A DNA stretch of 64,000 nt from Octopus vulgaris (taxonomy: Eukaryota). The position numbers and the translations under genes were made by a program. Below the pieces are notes generated by a model that was not told where the DNA came from, did not search any database, and was given only the letters and a program-made list of their open reading frames with translations. This document shows, one piece after another, positions 1 through 13,689 of the stretch (positions within the stretch are counted from its first letter, which is position 1; each line of letters starts with the position of its first letter). The stretch spans positions 34,472,001 to 34,536,000 of the forward strand of contig OX597826.1 of the NCBI GenBank assembly GCA_951406725.2. The letters run 5' to 3'.

Positions 1-167
1 ATCTGACAAATGATTATAATTTTGCCACTGGAGACTCTGTCTGCAAGCATCGTAAACAACAGCTGCTAGAGAGAGGCCAGCTTTGTGGAAGTCACATACT
101 CAGAAACAGGTTAAATACACAGCTCTGAAAGTTAACGCTTCGTTTCGTATGTTTATATATATATATA

Positions 168-270
168 TGATGGACCGCTGAAGACTACGTGTTTTTTTTT
201 CATTCTCGCTCTGTTTATTTCCTCTTATTCTTTTCTCTTTTAAGAGCGTAGGCTCGAAACGTAAAAGTTA
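168..270 (+). mobile_element. PLE pLTR fragment with decayed hammerhead (3' half intact)
   Basis: AAGAGCGTAGGCTCGAAACGTAAAAG at about 242-267 is nearly identical to the motif at about 37457-37484, which lies downstream of a GIY-YIG ORF. Confidence 0.6.
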
Positions 271-486
271 TGAGGCAACACATTCGGTGGGGTATTAAAC
301 TGTAATTATACCTTTTTCACTGAAAGTTACCGTTAACTTCCGTTACATTTTCAAAGAATTAACAGATTATTTGATGAACGAAGTTAACTTTTCGATTAAC
401 GGTGCTCACCTGTGTATATATGTGTATATGTATGTGTATATGTGTATATGTGTGCGTGCGTGTGTGTGTGTGTGTGTGTATTTGTG

Positions 487-690
487 CGTTTGTGTTTGTC
501 TCCCCACCATCTCTTGACAAGCAATGTTGGTGTGTTGAGTTCCCATTAACTTAGCGGTTCGGTAAAAGAAACCAATTAAATAAGTACTAAGTTTACAAAG
601 ACTAAGTCCTGGGGTCGAACTGTTCGACTAAAGGCAGTGCTCCAGCATGGCGGCAGTCAAATTCCTGAAACAAATAAAGGAATAAAATAT
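487..690 (+). mobile_element. SINE family A, 3' part
   Basis: aacttagcggttcgg...ggggtcga...gactaaaggcagtgctccagcatggc...ctgaaacaa, shared with the full copies at 38078 and 46725. Confidence 0.85.
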
Positions 691-741
691 TAAAGAATAC
701 ATCTATATAGATACATATAAACATTTATATACATATATATC

Positions 742-776
<35 letters not shown>

Positions 777-822
777 AAACAAGTCAAAAATAGAAAATGC
801 TAAAATAATTTTATAGTGAAAA

Positions 823-866
823 TTTCAGTACCGGTTTCGGTCATTTTGAGACCTTTTCAACTGAAA
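823..866 (-). ncRNA. Minimal type-I hammerhead ribozyme, U3:A8 variant
   Basis: Minus strand reads TTTCAG-TTGAAAA-GGTC(tcaaaat)GACC-GAAA-CCGG-TA-CTGAAA: 6-bp stem I, 4-bp stem II, palindromic stem III ACCGGU, GUA cleavage triplet. Confidence 0.8.
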
Positions 867-1219
867 CAATTAAATAATTAAATTTAGAAAAATTAGAAGA
901 AAAGTTTTTTTAAAGGAATATTTCTATAGTAGTGTTCAGATATAAGTGGCATTCTGCCTTTCTCTGACTCCCTTGTTTGCACTTGTGTGTTGGAGGTCGT
1001 TGTGAGTTCTTGGTAGGGTAGAAGAAGAAGAAGGCTGATGAGGAGAGGGGTGGGAGAATCTGGGAGTGCCCTGATGGTCGTATTTTGAATGGTCAGTGGC
1101 GGCTAGTAGTCGCAGTTCAATTCAGGAGAATATTTCTATTGAAAGGCTTGTTTATGGAATTTGCGTAGGTGTTATACTAAAAAACATTAGTGACAAGGTT
1201 AAGGGGTAGAAGGTGAAGT

Positions 1220-1480
1220 AGAAGAAGAAGAAGAAGAAGAAGAAGAAGAAGAAGAAGAAGAAGAAGAAGAAGAAGAAGAAGAAGAAGGGGAAGAAGAAGG
1301 TGACGATGTTGATGATGATGATGATGAAGAAGAAGAAGAAGAAGAAGAAGAAGAAGAAGAAGAAGAAGGAGAAGGAGAAGATGATGATGATGATGATGAT
1401 GGTGGTGATGATGATGACGACGATGATGATGATAATGATGATGATGATGAAGAAGAAGAGGAAGAAGAAGAAAAAAAACA
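1220..1480. repeat. (GAA)n/(GAT)n compound microsatellite inside PLE UTR
   Basis: Direct reading. Confidence 0.95.
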
Positions 1481-1638
1481 GAGAAGAGAGAATATGAATG
1501 GGTGAAAGTAGTGAGGTGTTGTATGACTTGAAGTAGGCATGTTATGGAGTATAGCTGTGATGGGGCTGATTAGTAATGGATTCTATGGAATGTAATATGT
1601 GTGTGTGTATATTTCTGTTATTCTAAATTTGAGGTATA

Positions 1639-1722
1639 TTAATTGTTTGTCGTAGACCCGTTAAGAAGTGGCCTGTATTTTGTAATAAAGAGGTTTTCTT
1701 TACTTATTCGTTGTCTCGAGGT

Positions 1723-1725
<3 letters not shown>
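1639..1725 (-). pseudogene. PLE GIY-YIG endonuclease C-terminal fragment
   Basis: Manual translation TTSRQRISKENLFITKYRPLLNGSTTNN* matches the R..KE..FI..Y.P.LN end of PLE GIY-YIG domains. Confidence 0.75.
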
Positions 1726-1764
<39 letters not shown>

Positions 1765-1872
1765 CACGCACATACGCAGATTATGAGTGCGTGTATATAT
1801 CTATCTATCTAATATTCTTCCCTTTTTCTTTGTATATATATACATATATATATATATGTGTGTGTGTATACA

Positions 1873-2400
1873 GGTAAAACGTGCGCACATAACGACCCAC
1901 GATCTTAATAAATATAGAAAGAAAACACCCTAATAAACACATTTATGTATACCTACACTTCCTGCAACAGTTATACACATTGCTCTACTACACATACGCA
2001 ATTTCCAAAGAAAAAACCACCAACCTGAAAGACGCACACATTTCTCACAAACACTTCAAGATTACTCTTACCAACTTGCATCATAGCTAAACCAGTAGTG
2101 ATGCATCTAAGTCAACTCTTAACGTAATCCCCTACTTGTTTTGTTTCATCACCTTTTTATAGCAACCGCAAACCGGATGTGACCATTCACCTCCAACATC
2201 ACTGATGAGCGATAGGTTATATAATCTGATTGTTACCTATCACTCCATTGTTCCCTAAGCAGGAAACCGATTGGTGAGATTGGCTATGATGGATATATAA
2301 AATTGTACACTTTGGAAAATACACCCAGTCTATTGACAGATATACGAGTGCATCCTTTTCCTGACCTACTGATATTTAAACGACTTATACACATACATTC
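1873..2400 (+). mobile_element. Old PLE 3' remnant (tentative)
   Basis: Frameshifted RT*RP-HDLN resembles the L.T..P.GLN end of GIY-YIG. CTGATGA at 2202 is followed by hairpin gataggt/acctatc and GAAACCGATT at about 2263. Confidence 0.35.
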
Positions 2401-4199
2401 ACAAACACACACAAATATAGAAAAGTAAGTTTTCATTATGTTTTAAAATAATGATAAATGTGGCCAGCAAACGTAATCCGAATATGCAAAATATATATTA
2501 AAAGCCAGGGTACAACATGCGCCTGTTTGCTTGAAAGAAGAGTTAAAACTCTCCGAATCCACGCATCTCTCACAATATGTAAATATGCATTGAGAATGTA
2601 GCAAATACATTTAGAAAAACGGTCACCCCCATTTTTAAACGACGAAGAGGAGGGTAGATATCCCAGTATCACTTGATGTCACTTTTCGTACCGAATTGAC
2701 ACTTATCAGCTAGGTTAACTATGTTTGTGTGTTTGAGTTCTTCATTTAACAAATCTTCAAATTAGCTTTTATTTAGAGTGACTTGATTTTCTAACTCTAT
2801 GACACTTTTCAATTAATCAGTCCGGGCTACTTGAGAGTGGAGCAAATTTGCCAAATATACAATACAATGCTATTTGCAGAGTATGAACTAATGTCAGCTC
2901 GCCCGTAGCGAAATAATTACTAACAGAACTATACAGTATTTATCAGTAACCTATGGAGATCTAAGACAGCACAAAGGGTAAGGATTATTAATGATGTCAA
3001 TGATAGTCTTTACGTCAAGCAACTATTTAAACTTCGAAGATAAACTAAAATTTCAGTAGTCAAGGTTTCGCTGAGCGTCTTATCTCTTATTATAAATCAT
3101 TCACAGGTATGGCTGCCATATCAAAATTTAGCGTTGTTTGACTCTGAGATTCAAACCAGTTACAATATTGTCATAAAGTTAGTTTGTTTAGTTGCTGAAT
3201 TAGGCTTCTGTCTAACCGAAAAGCAGCTTTGTCATAAATGAACTATCAAATGATCAGCTATTTAATTCACTGAACTAACAACTAACTGAATATCCTGGTG
3301 ATAAATTGTTCATTAGGAAACGTTAACCACAATTTCATTATCCGATATTATAATCTATCTCTGTATAATATCACATAATCAAATCTATCTAATTTTCTTT
3401 GTTATTTGCAAAAGCATTCTTCAAAAGTGATTTGGTGAGAAGTGTTCCGGAAATAGATTACTAATTTAAAATTATAGGCATAATACAAGCAATTATTGTC
3501 CAAAGGTGGCTGTATTCCTGCGGAGATTAACAATGGAACTGTCAGAGAATTTGTTGCAAGGAGAAAATTTAATAGCTAGAAAATTTGCATCTGTGAATTT
3601 TTCATTGATTTCGATGACATTTACTTAGAACATTGCTGTCTCAAACACGGCTGTTTTATTATTGTATTCTTTGTTTTATTTTTCATATTTGCATTCTAAA
3701 ACACCATTCATTTCTTCAAGTGCCGTATATGTCACTATTAATATTATCTAAATTGCAGCCGGTATGTTACAACAGTCGGTTCTCAGCAAACACAGTATGT
3801 TACCTGGTTTCAATTATCGGTTCAATCTGTTTTATTTTGTATTAAGACACTCCGGAAAGTAATTAACGTTTCAAAATAATTGCACCCTCCTTCCGGTATT
3901 GTTCATGTCCTTTGAAGGCGGAGTTCCAGTATAGAGGCGGGACACTAGTGTCGCCTTATTCATAATCACAAATATAATCTAAATCAGTACTGGCCATAGA
4001 GTGGGTCAGGTTTAATTGTTATTATTGTTGTTAATTAACAAAAGTCAAATCTGATTAACTTGTCTAATAGCATAAAATAGAACATTTAAGATTGGGAAAA
4101 TGTTTATGCTTTATCAAAGTCAATAAAGCAAGCTTAAACTTGCTCTGAAATCGTAATGTATACTACAGTCTCCTGCTAAAAATTACTGCTTCTAAGGAC

Positions 4200-4330
4200 A
4201 AACAGATTCGTCCTTTTGTTTCTTCTCTATTCTTCTCGACGAAGAACCTCCATCCGAAGCGTCTGACTTTACTTCATCTTCCTTAGAGTGCAAAAGTAAT
4301 TTAAATATACTTCTTTTATATTTTTGATGC
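4200..4330 (+). mobile_element. Decayed PLE pLTR copy
   Basis: CGACGAAGAACCTCCATCCGAAGCGTC resembles the CCGACGAAGAGCTCCGCTCGAAA motif at 44761-44795. Confidence 0.4.
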
Positions 4331-4737
4331 TTTTCTCCTTAGATATTTACGATATTTGATTATCATAACCTAAGTGAAATTACCTGACTATTCTTAGATT
4401 GAATTCATATTGATTGACTCCATATTGTTGCTCATGTTTAGCTGGAGGTTATCCTTGAGCCTGTTAAGTTGGGAACAAAACAATTCAGATGTAAGTCACA
4501 TAGTTTTTCTGGCTTGCAGATTTATCTCACCGTTTATGTAAAGAATACTTCCGCTAATTAAATCGGATGCTATTTCGCGCTGATCTTAGTCGCTGCTCTT
4601 ATTATTTGGCAGAGTGATGTTATTAGTGTTACTTTTAATGATATAAATTTTGTTATTTATGCTGTTTAAACCCAGGCAAATATTGATCCGGGGGCGTAAA
4701 CAAATTTAAGGTGTTCCTATCACATCTTTTTTCATCG

Positions 4738-4930
4738 GTAGGGTTTTACACTGAGATCGCAAGGTTGTGGTTTCAATTCCCATCCAAGCCACTCGTTGTA
4801 TTCTTGAGCAAAACACTTCATTCCATTCTGCCCACTCAGCTGTGAGCAGAGTGGTATTCGATAGAAGAACGCGAAACCCACAGCGACCCGCTATGCATAA
4901 CCAGATCCGACTGACAGGTCGATATCGTGA
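4738..4930 (+). mobile_element. SINE family C (tRNA-derived), decayed
   Basis: gatcgcaaggttgtggtttcaattcc (B-box-like) then ttcttgagcaaaacacttca...cactcagctg; homologous to the minus-strand copies at 13231 and 26400. Confidence 0.65.
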
Positions 4931-5922
4931 TAAATGTGTGTTGCGTTTGAGTGTGTACATGCATGTGTGAATGAGAGAGGCATAGAGTGAGAGAGAGGGG
5001 GAGAGGGAGTGTGTGTGCTGGGGCGGCAATTCTGAAAGTCACAGCCTTTTCTTTTAAAAAGCAGCAGGTAATTTAAGGGGAAACTCCACTGTCATTTCTA
5101 ACAAACAGGACGAAGAAACAAAATCGCCTTCATTAGTTCGTGATACGTGTGTTTATTAATGACGGTTTTCTTCATTTGGGTTAAAATTTCTTTTTTTTTT
5201 TTTTTAATTTGGCTCTAGTAGTATATAGCTGTTTATATTGCCCTGGCTAATGATAGAAGTAGTCCTGTTGTGGTAGATATGGATATTGTCATTATGTACA
5301 CGATAAACACATGCAGATTCGTGTTATTTCAGTTGTGAAATAAAATAAAATGAAGTATCTAATTCAAACATGCTGTGTAAAATATCATATTAAATATCAC
5401 AAGTTCACAATTTCCTTGTTTATCAATATCTATATCATATACTTTTGATATCCAACCTAACCAAACACACTTTCTTTTCCTTTTTTACCGCTTTCTACAT
5501 ACCCTAATCCTCCATTCGGTCACTGCCTCCGTCTCACTGTACGTTTAACCATATGTCTGTGTGCATGCATTGCTCTTTGTCTCTCTCTCTCTCTCTAATG
5601 ACCTCTCAAGTTCTTATAACTAAACATTTGTGTGTTTCAAAAATTCTCTTTCTTTCACTTGTCTTTCATTTCAACATTCTCAGTTTTATCTACTTATCTC
5701 TTTTCCTCCGCTTTCTCTTATCTCCCAGTCGACTTCTCATATGTGCAAACAAGGAGTGGATAAAATTTCATTGACTTCCAGATTATATCCATTTACAGAT
5801 CTAAATCTTTATGGCTGTCTGCTTCTCAATCCCTCTTTAGCATCTTTCTACTCAGCATATTTTTGTATATGTACATACGTAAATATATACATTCACATAC
5901 TTACATACATACATACACACAC

Positions 5923-5954
<32 letters not shown>

Positions 5955-6035
5955 ATGTTTATACACACACACACACACACATATAAATATATACATGCAT
6001 ATATATATCCACACAACCATATATGTATATATACA

Positions 6036-6072
<37 letters not shown>

Positions 6073-6084
6073 GTATTCATTTAT

Positions 6085-6215
6085 TCGTTTCAGACATTTG
6101 ACTGCAGCCATGCTGGAGCACCGCCTTTAGCCTAACAAATCGACCTAAGGACTAGTATTTAAGCGTAATACTTAATCTATCGGTCTCTTTTGCTGAACCG
6201 CTAGGTTACGGAGAC
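6085..6215 (-). mobile_element. SINE family A, 3' part
   Basis: Reverse complement of the family A tail (gccatgctggagcaccgcctttag...gaaccgctaggttacgg). Confidence 0.85.
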
Positions 6216-6231
6216 AAGCACAGACACACAA

Positions 6232-6268
<37 letters not shown>

Positions 6269-6269
<1 letters not shown>

Positions 6270-6473
6270 TAGAAAAACACACCTTTTATTAATTCAAAAT
6301 GGACAATTAAATTACACCATCTAGAAAATTTACGTTATATATACTAAAATGCAATTTCCTTAATCATCGGTATATTATTGTTATTCTATTTTTTATATTT
6401 CTATTCTATGTAATTTTCAAGATGGTGTAATTTAATTGTTCATTGTGAATTGATAAAATGTGTTTTTTTCTAA
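6269..6473. repeat. Foldback inverted repeat (about 65-bp arms)
   Basis: 6269-6333 (acaattaaattacaccatct) is the reverse complement of 6410-6473 (agatggtgtaatttaattgt). Flanked by (TA)n. Confidence 0.8.
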
Positions 6474-6568
6474 CTTTTATACATATATATATACTATTTT
6501 GTGAAATTTGATTTAGTATTTCTAAATTGAATTTTTCCCTGTAAGTTAGGGATAATATTCCATCAAAT

Positions 6569-6571
<3 letters not shown>

Positions 6572-6666
<95 letters not shown>

Positions 6667-6691
6667 CTGTATATATATATATATATATATA
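6572..6691. repeat. Long (TA)n microsatellite
   Basis: Direct reading; one of dozens of (TA)n/(CA)n tracts in the window. Confidence 0.95.
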
Positions 6692-6871
6692 TTATTTGAA
6701 TATATACAGCTAGAAACCATGGTCCGGGAGATAGATGGTAAATGTTTGTTTTTCATTCCATTCGAGATTTGTCCCTAATAGTAGTCTGGATTTTGGCTAT
6801 TCCTTCTAGCATGCTAGGTATCTTATGATAGTCACCTCTTATGTGTTTAAATGTACACTGTATTTTTATGA

Positions 6872-6902
<31 letters not shown>

Positions 6903-7707
6903 TACTCATGTGCATTTATATATATATATCTATACATATGTATATATATTTATCTATACCGCCACACACACAACTCCACGAACGCACACACGCACACAGA
7001 CACGCATGTACTCACGCACGCACACACATGCACACCACACTCTTACATACCCGACAGTGAGAGAGAGAGAGAGTGATACAAACAGTGGGACACACACACA
7101 CGCACCCATTCCCACTCTATCTTCGTATACATAACATCACTCACACATACATACACACACTCACATCCACACCCTTCAGACTGCCTTTCAAACAACTCAA
7201 TGCTGACCATCCAATCTACGCGTTTGTGCAAAAACACGCACCTACACAAAAACAATCAAAACACAACAAGCGGGAAAAGGACGCTAGCACGGCAACGGCC
7301 AAGGGGACAAAACAGGATACCCCGATCATTCACAGCCAATTGCTTCTTCCGTCGGAATCTGGTATGTCCACGTAATTTCACCCACGTAACTCCGATACTA
7401 CTCGGAACCGGCCGGGCCAGGGAGTTAAGCTAAAAGCATTAAGCCTCTGTCAAGGTAAACGAGTGTACATATACGAAAACAAATTAGTAAACAACAGAAA
7501 GATTCTTTCGACTATCAGACAAGAGTAATAAGCTAGCGCAAGGAACATGAAAATGGAAAAATATTGACAGACCGGGCGGCAGGACAGAAAATAACAGACG
7601 CGACCGACCTCAAAGGAAGCTGGCCGAAAAAGGACGACAATATCTGAACCGGACAGTGATCACTTGGTAGAGAAGGGAAGGAGTAGAAGTGGGTAGAGGG
7701 ACTCTAA

Positions 7708-7755
<48 letters not shown>

Positions 7756-8659
7756 GCACAAATATATACGTCTGTGCGTGTGTATATTTACATATTTGTA
7801 TACATGAGCATATATGTACGTGACCATGTAGCTATATATTACTGAATGTGTATTCTTTTCATCATTCGCTCAGTTTGAAATTTGATATTCTACAAAAGAA
7901 ACCATTATTTTCATACCTTTTCTGTCATTCTTTTTTCGTCATCCCTTCTCTCTCTCTCTCTCTTCTTTCTTCACCGAATTCTTTCTTTCTCTATATTTAT
8001 CTAGATTTTTATCATTTTTACTCTCCCTCTGCGTCTTCTCTCAGCTCCTTTTGGGTCTACATATTTTCCTGTGTGTTTATTTTCTCTCCTTATATAGCGC
8101 CTTTCTGCGTAACTACTCCAAACTTTGAGGAATGTTTTAGAGGAATTTATAAAGAAGACAACTCAAAAACTTGGAGGTGATACCAAAATATAAAACGACA
8201 AAAATAAAATGCAACACCCCTAACATTCCACCTCGAAGAACATTGCAAAAGGAACTTTAATGATATTTAAATATCTTTCTATATATCTTTACCAATCACT
8301 TTCACTCTCACTCTCTCTGTTTCTCGAACACACAAGCTCAAATACACGCGCGCGCGCTCACTCACACAACTATATATATTATATTATGTTGAATAATGAA
8401 TATGATAATTATAGTTATTTTCTTTTCTATTCTTCTCACAATATAACGGTATTGTGAAAAAAATATTGATTGATATAATTAAATTGGGGTTTGAATAGAT
8501 GGTTGGTACAAAGATATTGAAACAGAAATGAGCGGGGGAGAGGGAAGGAAGAGGAATATAAAAATCAGTACTAGAATGGAAAAAGGTGCTGTCAGTTTGG
8601 AAATCTATAAGATCTTCTAAAAACGGTCTAATTAAAAAAGAAATTGAGCGACACAATAA

Positions 8660-9000
8660 TAATTGGTTTAAATGTTATAATACATTTTGAATTGTCCCAT
8701 TTCCCTTCTTAAAGAAAGCACCCAATTACATACATAAATTCTTCAACCGCCTAAATATAACTCAAAATTCCTACTTAAATTTTTTGCCTACACCTTGCCA
8801 AAACTTAGTGAAAGAATATTTTTAACAGTTACATCCGAGTGTTACAACAATGCCCTCAGTCTAAGCAGGTTATGGACAGTGTTTTAATATTCTGCGATAA
8901 CTGTAACAACAGTTTAAGAATAAACAGGAATATAGTTATCGTCTGGTGTAATCCACAGTTTGCTCAACAAGCGGGTCCACACAGAACCAAAGTCTTAAAC
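8660..9000 (-). pseudogene. Highly decayed LINE reverse transcriptase relic
   Basis: Minus strand ILSLSFGKV*A followed by FKKGNGT resembles the RT motif SLLS..GKV.A...Q.GFR.GR.T. Confidence 0.3.
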
Positions 9001-10394
9001 CACCAACATAGTTCCTGCCAGGCACAACATAAGCATGACGCAATTTTACGAAAATTTCTATATAATTCCATATCTCCAACAAATAAACTTACAAAATCTT
9101 TGCATATCACGAACCGATCCGAACTAAACATTTTCTTTCCCAGTATGAAGTCTGAGTGTTACTCTTGGCTACAATCAGATATACTGCCTCTATAAACAAT
9201 TGGATTGATAGTGAACTGGTTTCATATGAACGTCTGCTGCGGATTCTCCAACCTCTTCGCGCCAGGTGGCTGTCTCTGACACTTAAAATACATTCAAACG
9301 CACACGCTCATACACATATGAAAGCAATCACATAAACACATTCATACACATATACAGTTTCACGTAGACACAAATTCTTACACAAACAAACTTGTATAAT
9401 CTATTGTTTGCAGTTGTTTGCTTCGATGTTTCTCTGTGTGTGTGTGTGATTGTGTTATCAGCGTTTGTGTGTGTTTCTTTATGCATACATAATGTGTTTC
9501 GTGAATGTCTTATTTTTCTCGATCCTTCACTTTGGTCTTTTGTCTTTTTAGTATTTTATATTTAGTTCTTTCTTTGTTTATTTACCAAATATACAACCGA
9601 GTGATTCACAGCTGAAACCAAAATATATTCTTAAATAATCTATTTCAACTTCACCTTAACATTCTTTCTTGACATTGATATTGACTAAAAGATTAAGTAT
9701 ATTTTAGTTCTGTCTACGTTGTCCACCCTAAGCAATATTTACAGTTCAGTGTCTCTCCTAACAAGATAAAAATACAAAGAAAAAATATTAACACGGACCA
9801 ATTTTCTGCGTAAGTAGTTTGTAATATTCTTTGCTCAAGGATATAATATATAGCAGTGGTTCCATCTTGCTGAAAACTTACAGCTTTTCCATAGTACTTA
9901 GGATCTCATATTAACAAGATTTTATAACACAAGAAGGTTTAGATGTGATAAAAAAAGAAATGCTTGAGCTCTTCTTTTATCGTTGTTTCCTTTTAAACGA
10001 CCGTATTTTTTCTTATCAATACAAAATAACCAGGATGTTTAAACAAAGCAAATATATTAACATAAACCTTGTGATAGACGTCTTTTATATGCTGATGTGA
10101 TTTCTGCGTAACCCCAGGCGCCCCAGGCGGATTACTTACTGAGCTAACAGCTAAGAAATGCATTCCATTTACCTTTTAATAGATCGTTACCGTCGGATGT
10201 CATTTTTGTTTTTGGTTATTTATAAGAAAGAACCTGTTTTGAGGTAGATTTGACAAAGACCTTCTTTTTTTCTCAGAATTGTAATATTTTTTACGTTTTT
10301 CTGACGTGAGACGATGCATGAAAGAATCTTGGATTTCATTTTAGAAAAATGAATGTGGTCGATATTTGCTGCAGCAAAATAGTCACCATTATTT

Positions 10395-10545
10395 ATCATC
10401 ATCATCATCATCACCACCACCACCAAAACTACCACCAACACCACCACTACTAATACCAACACCACCGCCGCCGCCACCACCACCACTATCATCATCATCA
10501 CCACCACCATCACCACCACCACCACCATCATATCGTCATCATCCC
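10395..10545. repeat. (CAT)n/(CAC)n compound microsatellite
   Basis: Direct reading. Confidence 0.9.
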
Positions 10546-13230
10546 TCTTCATCATTACTGTTATTCAACATCGTTCAATATTGTTGTCCTGATCGTCATT
10601 GGTGTCGTCGTTCTCACCGTAGTCCTCATAACAATTTCATATTGTTCTAATATTTCATAGTGTTACACGTGCGAGGAATGTGTAAGGCAGAAGATTCCCC
10701 TTCCAATCTCATTTGTCTTTCTATTATAGCCAACTTCCATGCCAACAGTTAGATCCTAGGCATAGCCATAGATCACATCTTCTTCTTGCATATCTCAGTT
10801 AATCCTCGTGTTACTCAGTGAGAGTTTCTGTTGATAGCCTCGTTTTAAAATTCACATTACGTCTTATTAAAATCAAGCCACAATGTTTGAATATATTTTC
10901 ATTATACACTGCTCGGGTTTCACGGTCACATTTCTCACACACATCAGTGATAGTTAATCTTTTAAGAGGAAAAATAAACCATTTTTATTACTCTTTGTAT
11001 TTGTTGTTTTTGTTAACCTACTGCATTTCTCAATGTTCATATATATGATCAAAATCGTTGCTTCCTTACAAACATTTTAGTATTACCTTGAACAATATTG
11101 TTCAATGCATCGTTTACTTATTTGGAGCAGTAAAGTGCAACTGAAGGCATATGTAGCTTCTGTTTTTAGGAGATTAAATGGTTTCATAAAGGCATCTCAC
11201 ACTGCATAGCATGAAACCTAACATGAGTAACAAATTAATAGTTCCTTTAAAATGTGAATTCTAGCCTCTTTACATTTATTTGATAGCATTATCATAATTA
11301 ATTATCTTATCTGATTACTATGAAAGATTATTTCCTCGTCACAATGTGAGAACAATGATAGATTCATATCCACGTATAGTCCGTGCTGTTCGTCGTGTAT
11401 TAAACTCCAACGGTTTGGTTATCTCTTTCAAAATGTCGTTTGCTTTGACAACCAATGGGAAAGCTCCCAACATGATCGCATGAAATGATGGAAATAGCAG
11501 CCAAATATATTTTTAAAAGGTAATGAGACGTCACGCTGTCATTGAGATGTAATATATTGTATTCCTACGTGTGTATAAAAGCACATGGCGGTCCTAAAGT
11601 GGAATGTTCTTGCTTATAAGTATGTACAATCAGAGAACTACGACAAGCCAATCCCCAATCCTGTCCTGGTCTTATCAAGATTTGAAATTTTGACCTTGTC
11701 TTTTGTATAACTACCATATCCCAGCAGTATTAGAACCTTGCTATGATTTTAGCATATTTGTTAAGGATATTTTCATAAACTCAATTAGGCATATACTTTT
11801 ATCTTCTTTTCAACCTGAAATAACAAAATCGTTGCCTAGTTTGTCGTTAAAATCTATGAAAATAAAGCGCCAATTTTGTCACTCTCGAAAGAATGAGGAT
11901 TAATGACATAAACAGTATCAGCTGTTAGAGGTTAAATAACAAAACAGTGTGACACGTTACACTTGAATAGATTTGTGTTCTCGTTAATCTGATAATTATT
12001 TTATTCGATAAGACCTGGGTGAGTGAAGGATGAAGATTAGTCAGTGTGGGGTGTATTCTGAATTAATGAAATGCAGGTATGGTTTGAACCTGAAATGTAA
12101 AGGCACTGAAGTCATTTACAGCAAATAAAATTCCTCGTAGTATTCCTTCGTTCACATTGAATAATATTGAAAGAGCTTTATCTGAAATGTTTAAGGATAT
12201 AAATGAAATGCAAAAACAATGTCAATAAAAAAGAGTTGTAATATATTTCTTTGAGAAGTTTCCTTGTTCAAATATCTGTCGTTAATTTCACAGAACAGAG
12301 ATGATTTATAAATTGATTTATATCGATTTACGTTCTTAATTATTTCTTTTTTATTTTTCAGTTGTCTCCAGTATTTACAGCCAATCTTTTATCACATGCT
12401 GCAGCCTTGTAAAAGTATAACTCGTCTTAGATGATTCCCTTAACACTTTTGAGCCATAAGACAGACGCCAGTAAAATTCATATTCAGCAAACTTAGACAA
12501 ATATCAGTTTCCATATAACAGTTTCAAAGGTCAGCCAGAGAAGACAAAAATATATTGGAAAGCACGTATTAATAATTCATAGCTGTTAAACTCAGACAAT
12601 AATTTCTAACTTTATTTCCAATGTTATTAATATTCGAATTACTCCACATTCTTCTTTTTCTTTAAAAGCGTCACCAGTCGGCCAAGAGGTCTGTCAACTT
12701 GAGAACATAGAAAGAAAGTGACAGGGAAACAAGTGAGTTCTGTAGATGAAGAATTGTAATTTGGTCAAGAGCCATTATAGATAAGTATAAACTCTTCCAA
12801 CTTTTAATAATTACAAATACGAAATATGACAGACGATGTGACATGAGCGTTTGAAATATTGTTACGTGATGTTGTGATAAATCGGTGAATACAAAAACGA
12901 ATATCAGGCAAATTGCAATAATATGGTGCAATAATATGGGGGTATTCAAGCAAAGATCCTGTAAGAATTGTTACATGAATATCGTCTCATTTAATTGCAG
13001 TCTTCGAAAAGAAATATAGACTTTGGTAAAGAAAAAAATACGACGACCGAAAAATCTAACGAGGACATGATAATGCAGAACAGAATATGATTGGTTTCTC
13101 ACATAATGGGAGTGTATACACGAAATGCTAAATCGCTGAAAACGATGGATATGATATATTATTCTGACCTGCACTATCAAAATTGAGGCGCTGGAGACAA
13201 TGTTATATACGTACGTATCTATAAATATAT

Positions 13231-13523
13231 CACGTGATCACATAATCGACCAGATTAGCGGATGTTGCTATGCGCCGTTGATGAAAATAAGTTTTGAATG
13301 ATGCCAGCCCGCTGGCTAGCGGAGAATGCCAACATTCCCTTTGATCAGAAGGTTAGTCTGCTGCAAGATAACCCATTCACAGCTAAGTGGATTGGAGCAA
13401 GGAGAAATGAGGAGTTTTTTTTGTCTCACGAACACAACGCGACCCTCGGTCCTGGAATTGTACCTATGATCGAGCGATCGTGATTGCAACACTGTAACCA
13501 CCGAGACATAACCACTAGGCCAC
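13231..13523 (-). mobile_element. SINE family C, near full length
   Basis: Minus strand starts gtggcctagtggtta (A box), then a B-box-like stretch and ttgctccaatccacttagctgtgaatgggtt. Tail shared with 28851-28975. Confidence 0.75.
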
Positions 13524-13612
13524 ATAATTTAACACATGTATAATTATACAGACACACACATACATATATATATATACATACATACATACATATATATGTA
13601 TATATATATATG

Positions 13613-13689
<77 letters not shown>

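Larger units (their letters stand above)
773..1725 (-). mobile_element. 5'-truncated Penelope-like element (GIY-YIG C-terminus + 3' region/pLTR with hammerhead), inserted in (TA)n
   Basis: Minus strand encodes the GIY-YIG C-terminal motif at 1639-1725, followed by a pyrimidine-rich UTR and a hammerhead at 823-866. (TA)n flanks both sides (about 746-772 and 1726-1757). Confidence 0.8.

Noticed and set aside
3-110. Open frame LTNDYNFATGDSVCKHRKQQLLERGQLCGSHILRNR at window edge
   Set aside because: Short, no motif, weak donor.
4442-4490. Possible 49-nt exon (tttag|...|gtaagt; LEVILEPVKLGTKQFR)
   Set aside because: Splice-like motifs are frequent by chance; no partner exons or homology recognised.
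11100-11190. FTYLG-like and ASVFRRL RT-like words (also NYLAGRDIRIKLN near 18720-18770 minus and AGGTVIV near 42880 minus)
   Set aside because: Too short and decayed to call without a profile search.
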